From contig JAKEHY010000022.1 in NCBI GenBank assembly GCA_022614805.1, forward strand, positions 15,903-79,902: a stretch of 64,000 nucleotides of DNA, written 5' to 3'. Position 1 is the stretch's first letter; each line of letters opens with the position of its first letter. Positions 57,056 to 64,000 of the stretch are shown here, piece by piece. The position numbers and the translations under genes were made by a program. Under the pieces are notes generated by a model. That model saw nothing but the letters and a program-made list of their open reading frames with translations, searched no databases and was not told the DNA's origin. Source of the DNA: Candidatus Zixiibacteriota bacterium. GTDB lineage: Bacteria; Zixibacteria; MSB-5A5; DSPP01.

Positions 57056-59524
57056 TCAATTCGCCGACCCGAGCGGGGCCGCCCCCTTTTCGAGATAATC
57101 CTTCCCCACCAGAACTTCGCGCGCCTTGGAGCCGTCATACGGCCCCACGATGCCGGCCGCCTCCAGCTGGTCGATGAGCCGGGCGGCCCGCTGGTAGCCG
57201 ATTCCCAATCGACGCTGCAAAAGCGAAACCGAGCCCTGCCGGTGGCGCACCACCAACTCAATGGCCTGGCGGAAAAGGTCGTCGGGCTGATCGTCGTTCT
57301 CCTCCTCATCCAGTTCGGCCTCCGGCGTCACCACAAAGTTATCCATCGGCGGCACCTCGTAGTTTTGAGCTTTGAGGAATCCGACCAGCCCTTCCGTCTC
57401 CGCGCCGGAGATGAAGGCCCCGTGAATCCGCTCCGCCTCCGGCCGGCCGGTGTACATAAAGAGCATGTCGCCGGAGCCCAAAAGCTTCTCCGCCCCGTTG
57501 GCGTCCAGGATGGTGCGGGAATCCACCTTGGAGGCAACCTGAAAGGCGATGCGGGAGGAAAAGTTGGCCTTGATTAAACCGGTGATGACGTCCACGGACG
57601 GCCTTTGCGTGGCCAAAACGAGGTGAATGCCGACCGCCCGCGCCATCTGCGCCAGCCGGGTGATTAACGTCTCCGTGCGGGTGGAAACGGTGGACATCAT
57701 CAAATCCGCCAGCTCGTCCACCACCAGGACCAAGTACGGCAGCCGCTCGGCCGCCTTCTTTTTCCGGTTGTAATCCTCGATGTTCCGCACGGAAGCCTTG
57801 GCCAAGGCCCGGTAGCGCTCCTCCATTTCGACGACGGCGTCCGCCAAAACCTTTTCGGCTATCCGGGGCGAGGTCACCACGGCCCGCTCCAGGTGCGGGA
57901 TGCCGGAGTAAACCGAAAGCTCCAGCATTTTCGGGTCGATGAAAATGAAGCGCAGCTCGGCCGGGTGTTTGCGGTAAAGCAGGCTGGTAATCAGGGCGTT
58001 CAGACAGACGCTTTTGCCGCTGCCGGTGGCCCCCGCGATTAAAAGATGCGGCATTCTGGCCAGATCGTGGGCGACCGGCTCCCCCGAAATCGACTTTCCG
58101 AAGGCCATTGGCAGCCGCATCGACTCATTTGCAAAGGCACTTGAAGCCAGAATTTCCTTTAAATAAACGGTCTGGGGGTTCGGGTTGGGAACCTCGATGC
58201 CGACCGCCGCCTTCCCCGGGATGGGAGCGACCACGCGGATTCGCTTGGCCTGCAGGGCCAGGGCCAAATCATCCGCCAAAGAGACTATCTGGTTGATTTT
58301 CACCCCCGCCGCCGGTTTGAACTCGAAGCGGGTGATGATAGGTCCGGGGTGGGCTTCAATCTGGTCTTCAACCGCCACCCCGAAGGTCGCCAAAGTCTTT
58401 TCCAAAGTGTCCGAAAGCCGCCCGATTTCTTCCCGGCTTATGCCGCGCGGGCCCGCCGGCGGGTCCGCCAAAAGGGCGAGGGATGGATATTCATACTTCC
58501 CCAGATCCGGGTCGTGGGTTTTGACGACTTTAAGCGTGTCGGAAAGTTCTTTGAAAAAGCTTTCTTGATGAACGGGGATCCCCCCGCCGGCCGGTTTTTT
58601 CTTCGCTGCTTCCGCCGGCCGCTCCATCTCCCCTCCCTCTGACGAAGCCGCCGGTTCCACCGGCGCCGTTTGGGGCCAGTCCCGCTGGCGGGTTCGGTCA
58701 ATCTCCACCTTGCCGAAATCTTTAAGCTTTCCCCATAATGTTTTCAAGCCCGATTCCTTCTTTTGAGCGGGAACCGGACGACCCCTCCCGAAGCTGGTCG
58801 AGGGAACCGGCCGCTCGCCCGGCACGGACGAGCTTGCCGTAGAACCCGTCCCAAAGCCGGGCGAAGGCTCCATTTTGGCCTTGGCGGTTGGAAAACGGAC
58901 GGTGGGGAGGGAGGGTTTCCCCCATTTGAGGTTCAAAAGCCGCGGCTTAAACAAAATAAGGAGAGCCAGCGCTAAAACCAGCAAAAACACCACCGCGCCG
59001 ACCGGTCCGATGAGGGCCGAAAGAAAAGCGGCGGTGGCGAAGGAAAAATGTCCGCCGAAGGAGGGGGTGCCGTCAAACTCGTACGCTTCCTGGTGCAAAA
59101 CGGTGTCGACCATAACGGCAAAAAGAACATAATAGGCGGCCAACGGCAAAACTTTGAAGTAGAGCCGGCTCCAATTCTTTTTAAGAAAAAGCTGGCTGCC
59201 GAGCACCAGCGCGAAAACGCCCAAAACGAATGCAAAAAACCCGGTCTGTGCGTAAAAATTGTACGCCAGCCAGGCCCCCAAGATTCCGGCCTTGTTGACG
59301 GTGACCACTTCCGCGGGATGGAAAAGTGCCCCGAAGGAGAAGCGGGGGAGTTTTTGGTTGTCGGACGCCTCGTAGGTGGCCAGAGAAATGAGCAACAAAA
59401 GCCCGAAGAAAACCCCCAAAAGCCCCAGAACCTCCCAGCGGAAAAGGGGGGCAAAGAGGCGCCCGATTCTGGCGCTGTTTTCCCTGGTCTTTCTGAAGAA
59501 TCCTTTTCTGCTTTTTTCAGGCAT
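57056..59524 (-). CDS. ftsK: DNA translocase FtsK
   Basis: 4-TM N-terminus, GATGSGKS, DELADLM, ATQRPSVDV, gamma domain LQRRLGIGYQRAAR. Confidence 0.97.
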   Translation of the reverse strand: MPEKSRKGFFRKTRENSARIGRLFAPLFRWEVLGLLGVFFGLLLLISLATYEASDNQKLPRFSFGALFHPAEVVTVNKAGILGAWLAYNFYAQTGFFAFVLGVFALVLGSQLFLKKNWSRLYFKVLPLAAYYVLFAVMVDTVLHQEAYEFDGTPSFGGHFSFATAAFLSALIGPVGAVVFLLVLALALLILFKPRLLNLKWGKPSLPTVRFPTAKAKMEPSPGFGTGSTASSSVPGERPVPSTSFGRGRPVPAQKKESGLKTLWGKLKDFGKVEIDRTRQRDWPQTAPVEPAASSEGGEMERPAEAAKKKPAGGGIPVHQESFFKELSDTLKVVKTHDPDLGKYEYPSLALLADPPAGPRGISREEIGRLSDTLEKTLATFGVAVEDQIEAHPGPIITRFEFKPAAGVKINQIVSLADDLALALQAKRIRVVAPIPGKAAVGIEVPNPNPQTVYLKEILASSAFANESMRLPMAFGKSISGEPVAHDLARMPHLLIAGATGSGKSVCLNALITSLLYRKHPAELRFIFIDPKMLELSVYSGIPHLERAVVTSPRIAEKVLADAVVEMEERYRALAKASVRNIEDYNRKKKAAERLPYLVLVVDELADLMMSTVSTRTETLITRLAQMARAVGIHLVLATQRPSVDVITGLIKANFSSRIAFQVASKVDSRTILDANGAEKLLGSGDMLFMYTGRPEAERIHGAFISGAETEGLVGFLKAQNYEVPPMDNFVVTPEAELDEEENDDQPDDLFRQAIELVVRHRQGSVSLLQRRLGIGYQRAARLIDQLEAAGIVGPYDGSKAREVLVGKDYLEKGAAPLGSAN

Positions 59525-59589
59525 AAATATTATACGGAGCTAAACAGCCCCACGCTGACGAGATGTCGAGCCTTCCCCATTCCCTCTCG

Positions 59590-59618
59590 AATGTAACACC
59601 CGTTACTATTTTCGTCAA
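59590..59618 (-). promoter_or_regulatory. Putative sigma70 promoter for the ftsK operon
   Basis: TTGACG-17 nt-TACATT on the minus strand upstream of ftsK. Confidence 0.5.
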
Positions 59619-59738
59619 TTAAAATTGGCCTCTTTAGAGACCAAAATCCGGGGGAAAAATCGCTCGTCAAGGATGGACCGCCGCGAATGATAAATGAGGG
59701 GTGGATGGACAATAATCCCGCCCTTGAAACCGCTCAAA

Positions 59739-61475
59739 TTACTTCAAAAACCCGTCGTAATTTTCCAAAGTCAGCCGCAGTTCCGCGGGCTGGGTGTCCA
59801 GCGTTTTGGCGATGAGGGCGTGGCTTTTCAAAACCGCCTCCCGCTTGTCCTTCAATTTTTTGTCGTTCTGTAAAATGGTGTTCAGGCTGTAGCACCCCGC
59901 CGCCTGGTGCATCACCCGGAAAAGCTCGAACTCCTGATAGAGCGTGTCCGGTTTCCCGTCCGTGGCGGTATACAAATCGTAATACGAGCCGCCCAGCTTC
60001 CCGCCGTTTTGCAGTTCGATGCGGTCGATGAAAGCTTTTTCTTCGGAATCATCCACGGCCCGGTAGGCGTTGTAGGCAATCTCTCTTTTTTTGTCCGGCG
60101 TTTCGCCGATTAACAGCTTGGCCATAAAAAGCGAAAGCGGCAGGGATAAGAGAACGTCACTGGAGTTGAAATCCCGCTTCAAAAGCATAATGTTCGCCAG
60201 CCGCACCGGCTCCATCGGGTTGGAAAAGACCCGGTCTTCGCCAAAGACTTTTTTGATGTCCAGCATCGCCCGGGCGTTGTCAAAGGCGTACAACCGGGCG
60301 ACCAGTTGGGACAAACGCTCCGGCTCGATGGAGCGGAAATATTTTTTCAGCTCGCCCTCTTCCAGATTCTGCAGCCGATTGACAATGCCGGCCACCGTTT
60401 CCCTTTCCGCCTCCATAAAAGCCGGCATTACTTCGGGGCAGTTTTCCAGCTTCGATTGCAGAATCGGATAGGCGGTCTCGGCAAAGCTTTCCACCAGGTT
60501 GGAGCGCAGATAAAAAACTTTTTCGGAGGTGTAGGCGTGCGCCTCTATCGGTTGGGAAAAATCGATGTTGGCCAGCTTCGCTTTGACCATTTCTCCCTTC
60601 AAATTCATTCCGGAAATTTCCGTATCCGTTTTGGAACGATTCTCCTCCAGCCAGCGGTACACTTGGAAGCCGACGGCAACTTCTCTCCCGGAAACAGTGA
60701 TTTTCATCGGGCAGATGAGATTTCCGTTCTTCAGCCGGTAGGCGTAGCGGACGTACACCCAGTCGTCGGAGTGGAACCGGGAACCCGGCGTCCCCATCAG
60801 CCCGTAGGAGGAGGTCGATTTCCCCGTCCCGGTCGGCGCAATGTAGAGAATTCCTTTTTTATTCCGCTCCACACACGCCCCGTGAATGGAATGAATGCCG
60901 AACTCCTCCGCGAGTACGCGCCCGACCGCCCCCAAAACCCAACTTTTCAACTGGCCGTAGTAGGAGGTGTTGAAAAAAACGATGGTGTTCTGTTTTCGGC
61001 TGTAGTAGGCCGCTTCTTCTTCGTTTTCAACACCTCCGAAGGCATAAACCATTATTTTCGGCTCCGCCGGCGGCTTCTGCCCGGTCAGGTTTTCCCATTC
61101 GGAAACGGAATACCAGTTGTCCATCCAGTAATCGAAAAGATGTTGGGAGTTTGTGACCGCCCGTACCCGAATGCCGTGAATGATTACGTCATGCCGGAGG
61201 GGATTCTGCGGCTGGGATTGGCGGATGGCCCCCTCCACGGAAGCCAAAAGCTTTTCCAATTTCCCCGGCGTTTTGTCCACCACCTTGTCGTGGAGTTTGG
61301 TCCGCCCCTTGGTTCGGGTGACCGAGTTGGAAGCCCCTATCGGTGCTCCCGCCCATTCCACCGCCGAAGCAAAAGGCGGCGGATTAAACGTGTATTTTAC
61401 TTCCTCTTTAGGTTTGACCACCCCGCTTGCTTTCACGCCAATCTCTGCCTGCACGTCCGGCATTTTCTCCTCCAT
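59739..61475 (-). CDS. Uncharacterised HPr-kinase/PEPCK-like P-loop protein
   Basis: IHGACV, APTGTGKST (Walker A) and SDDW motifs. Confidence 0.75.
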   Translation of the reverse strand: MEEKMPDVQAEIGVKASGVVKPKEEVKYTFNPPPFASAVEWAGAPIGASNSVTRTKGRTKLHDKVVDKTPGKLEKLLASVEGAIRQSQPQNPLRHDVIIHGIRVRAVTNSQHLFDYWMDNWYSVSEWENLTGQKPPAEPKIMVYAFGGVENEEEAAYYSRKQNTIVFFNTSYYGQLKSWVLGAVGRVLAEEFGIHSIHGACVERNKKGILYIAPTGTGKSTSSYGLMGTPGSRFHSDDWVYVRYAYRLKNGNLICPMKITVSGREVAVGFQVYRWLEENRSKTDTEISGMNLKGEMVKAKLANIDFSQPIEAHAYTSEKVFYLRSNLVESFAETAYPILQSKLENCPEVMPAFMEAERETVAGIVNRLQNLEEGELKKYFRSIEPERLSQLVARLYAFDNARAMLDIKKVFGEDRVFSNPMEPVRLANIMLLKRDFNSSDVLLSLPLSLFMAKLLIGETPDKKREIAYNAYRAVDDSEEKAFIDRIELQNGGKLGGSYYDLYTATDGKPDTLYQEFELFRVMHQAAGCYSLNTILQNDKKLKDKREAVLKSHALIAKTLDTQPAELRLTLENYDGFLK

Positions 61476-61559
61476 ATTCGCATTTCAAAACGACAAAAAC
61501 GAAAATTACCCAATCGGTGCCAAATCCGCAAGCCCGCCAATTGCCTTTAAAATGTCTTT

Positions 61560-61587
61560 GTAGGGGTTTGATTAATCAAACCCCTAC
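61560..61587. repeat. GTAG-type REP perfect palindrome
   Basis: GTAGGGGTTTGATTAATCAAACCCCTAC, identical to the copy within trmH. Confidence 0.9.
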
Positions 61588-61591
61588 TAAA

Positions 61592-62425
61592 TTAATAATT
61601 AAAAACCTGGTCCAGCTTCCCCTGTTTCCGGGCGATGTATTCAATCCCGCGGTTGATAAGAACCGAAAGAACAATCGAGAGAAGGGTGGTCATTGCCAAA
61701 ATCAAAAGCAGTTTTTCATCCGACCAGGAAGCAAAAATTTTTGAAACCGGCTCCGCCATCATCCCTCTTCTTAACGCTTCTAACCAATAAGTGATGGGAA
61801 AAGCGAGTGCTGCCGGCTCCATCCAGTCCGGCAGAACCTCGATGGGAAAAACCGCCCCGGAAACGAGGTAGAAAACCCCCGCCGTCCCCTCGGTCATAAA
61901 AAATCCGTGCCGCGCCGTCAACAACGTCAACGAAGCGAGGGCGATTCCCAAAGCAATCGTGGCGATGATGCCCAAAGGAAAACTCAAAATCATAAGCGGC
62001 CAATGCCCGAAGACAAGCTTGAGGTCGAAAATCCACACCCCCATAACCACCGTGACGATTACCGCAAGTGTGGTGATGACGAGCTTGGGGATGCACCGTC
62101 CCAGCATATAAAAGTAGGTGACAATGGGGGCGAGATAGATGTACTTCAACATCTCGTACCGCTCCCTGTCCTCGTGGATGACAATGCCCACCCCCGCCAA
62201 AACGTTGGCCGTGTACATAAAGAAAGCGTTACCCAAATAGATGTAAGCGAACAATGCCGTCGAGATTTGCCCGCCCGCGACCACTTTGTACATCAGAACG
62301 AGAATCAAAGTGGAAAAAATCGGCCGAGTGATGGCGTAGGCGATGAAGGTGAACGGCTCCGCCCAGTTCGCCTCAATCTGCCAGCCCAGCCATCCGGCCG
62401 TCTTTATAGTCCGCCAAAGACCCAT
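61592..62425 (-). CDS. ABC-2 type exporter permease
   Basis: Six TM helices; SGAVFPIEVLP, PITYWLEALR. Confidence 0.9.
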   Translation of the reverse strand: MGLWRTIKTAGWLGWQIEANWAEPFTFIAYAITRPIFSTLILVLMYKVVAGGQISTALFAYIYLGNAFFMYTANVLAGVGIVIHEDRERYEMLKYIYLAPIVTYFYMLGRCIPKLVITTLAVIVTVVMGVWIFDLKLVFGHWPLMILSFPLGIIATIALGIALASLTLLTARHGFFMTEGTAGVFYLVSGAVFPIEVLPDWMEPAALAFPITYWLEALRRGMMAEPVSKIFASWSDEKLLLILAMTTLLSIVLSVLINRGIEYIARKQGKLDQVFNY

Positions 62426-62450
62426 ATTATTTATTCCCCTCTGTTTTTCC

Positions 62451-62513
62451 GTAGGGGCGAACGGCGTTCGCCCTCTCCCCTCTCCACTCGGTGGAGAGGG
62501 GTCGGGGGTGAGG
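62451..62513. repeat. Composite REP element
   Basis: GTAGGGGCGAAC-GGC-GTTCGCCCT followed by CCCCTCTCCAC..GTGGAGAGGGG..GGGGTGAGG. Confidence 0.85.
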
Positions 62514-62515
62514 TG

Positions 62516-63334
62516 TCACTGCCACCGCAACGTCAACCGCCCCTCTTTTTTCCCCAAATTTTCCATCTTCAAAAGGGCTTTGTTCGCCAGCCATAGAAAT
62601 ACAACCGAAAGAACTGCCAGAATCAGAATCTCCCACCCAATCGGCAAGAAGGCGTGCGTCCGTCCGGCTTCAAAAAACAACTGCCGCATCGCGTCGATGC
62701 CCAAGGTCAAGGGAATGAGCGAGGCGATGGTGCCGAGGGTGAATCCGAACGATTTTATCGGAAAATAAAAACCCGAAAAAACGTAAATGGGTTCCTGCAG
62801 CAAAGTCGAAATCTGCCAGGCGTCCCGCCCGAACATCAAAAAAACGGAGGAGGCCAGCATCCCCAGCCCGTAGAGCGCAACCATACAGAGCAAAAAGACC
62901 AAAACCAAAAGCGGCCAGGAAGAGGGCACCATCGTCACGTCAAAAAGCCAGATGCCGCCAAGGAGAATTACCACCGCCCGCGTAGTGGACATGAAAAGCC
63001 CGCCGAGCGCCATCCCTAACAAAATCGACATCCGCGAAATCGGCGCGATCAGATACAGCTCCAAATTTCCGGTTTCCTTTTCCCAGTAAAACTGCGAGGC
63101 CATCGACCAGAGCACGTTCAGCCAGTAGGCGGTCATAATCCCGCCCAAGATGACGAACCCGGTGAACTCCTTCGGTGCGCCGAGCGCCCGATAGACAAAA
63201 ACGTAGGTCGCCACCGCCAGAAGCGGCATCATGATTTCAAAAAGTATCCACGACGGCTCCCGCTGCGCGCCGACGACGCGCACGTACGCCCTCCCCCAAA
63301 TCGCCCGCAGGTTGGTTTTAAGCTCCGTCTTCAT
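62516..63334 (-). CDS. ABC-2 type exporter permease
   Basis: EKETGNLE..APISR, SGFYFP, PLTLGIDAMR. Confidence 0.9.
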   Translation of the reverse strand: MKTELKTNLRAIWGRAYVRVVGAQREPSWILFEIMMPLLAVATYVFVYRALGAPKEFTGFVILGGIMTAYWLNVLWSMASQFYWEKETGNLELYLIAPISRMSILLGMALGGLFMSTTRAVVILLGGIWLFDVTMVPSSWPLLVLVFLLCMVALYGLGMLASSVFLMFGRDAWQISTLLQEPIYVFSGFYFPIKSFGFTLGTIASLIPLTLGIDAMRQLFFEAGRTHAFLPIGWEILILAVLSVVFLWLANKALLKMENLGKKEGRLTLRWQ

Positions 63335-63353
63335 CTAATTTTTCTCTGTCTTT

Positions 63354-63810
63354 GTAGGGGCAGGTCTTGCTTGCCCCGAGCGCAGTCGAGGGGTGCCTGC
63401 CCGCTTTTATGTTTCGTTTTTGTAGGGGCGCATTGCATGCGCCCTTCCCCTTCCCGTATCGGGAAGGGGTCAGGGGTTAGGTCATCTTTGTAGAGGCAGA
63501 CCTCCGTGTCTGCCCTGTCTTTTCTGTCCCCCTTACCAAGGGGGACGAGGTCCGACTTGTCCCGAGCGAAGTCGAGGGAAGCACCGGAGGGGGTGTTTCG
63601 TAGGAGCACAACACTGTTGTGCCCTTCCTCCCTCTCTGTTTTACGAAGAGGGGGCCAGAGGGCTTGCCCCGAACGTAGTCGGGGGGTGAGGTCATCCCCC
63701 ATTTTCCCCCAATCCCCTCCCCACCAGCGCTACAAAAACATCCTCCAGCGACGGCTCCCGTTCCATCTCCCCTGTCATTCCGAGCAAAGCGAGGAATCTG
63801 GGTGGCGGGG
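63354..63810. repeat. BIME-like cluster of several REP types
   Basis: GTAG hairpins at 63354, 63422, 63490 and 63600; CCCGAGCGNAGTCGAGGG-type units; GTCATTCCGAGC..GCGAGGAATCT at about 63774-63799. Confidence 0.85.
63692..63760 (-). pseudogene. Duplicated 3' end of the ABC ATPase gene
   Basis: Encodes REPSLEDVFVALVGRGLGENGG*, compared with REPSLEDVFVALVGRGLSENGT* at 63835-63903. Confidence 0.8.
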
Positions 63811-63834
63811 TGCAGGGTCATCTTTTCCGCGACC

Positions 63835-64000
63835 TTAAGTTCCGTTCTCACTCAATCCTCGTCCGACAAGTGCTACAAAAACGTCCTCCAGCGACGGCTC
63901 CCGCTTGGAAAGCGAGCGAATCTTCGACCCCGAATGCTCCACTAACTTCGTCACCTTGGAAATTCCCGCCTCATCCTTCAAAATGATTTTCAAAACCGTT
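63835..64000 (-). CDS. ABC exporter ATP-binding subunit, C-terminal part (5' end outside the window)
   Basis: Hand translation: ...KIRSLSKREPSLEDVFVALVGRGLSENGT*. The PSLEDVF motif is typical of DrrA-like ATPases; it lies upstream of two ABC-2 permeases. Confidence 0.85.
   Translation of the reverse strand, partial: TVLKIILKDEAGISKVTKLVEHSGSKIRSLSKREPSLEDVFVALVGRGLSENGT

Noticed and set aside
63331-63851. ORFs of 110-124 aa between the ABC genes
   Set aside because: They are translations of REP units (DFARDK, PSTSLGTS, IPRFARND), not evolved proteins.

Overview
A GC-rich bacterial chromosomal window. The Cys-rich dockerin-tagged secreted proteins and the outer-membrane genes suggest a diderm FCB-group organism such as Zixibacteria (inference). 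Most of the window is housekeeping, envelope and transport genes: GT-C glycosyltransferases, DUF4159/DUF4175/TPR, patatin-POTRA-Omp85, TrmH, DedA, CorC, a P-type ATPase, htpX, a sugar ABC transporter, a peptidoglycan-recycling operon, split transketolase, polA-coaE, nadD-bamD-SLT-lolA-ftsK and an ABC-2 exporter. The most unusual elements are: (1) an unannotated ~600-nt intergenic region (22.5-23.1 kb) dense in helices and serial pseudoknots, a candidate large ncRNA; (2) three dockerin-bearing secreted proteins, including one with a C-terminal His/Cys caspase-fold-like domain next to a cohesin-dockerin adaptor; (3) an uncharacterised five-gene membrane operon (DUF6754-type); (4) a GTAG-type REP repeat family that has also inserted in frame into housekeeping genes; (5) two genes that appear to start at ATA; (6) a synonymously diverged duplicate of an ABC gene's 3' end; and (7) a second ~180-nt structured intergenic element. 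No rRNA, tRNA, CRISPR array or transposase was seen. All calls come from reading the sequence by eye; no database searches were run.
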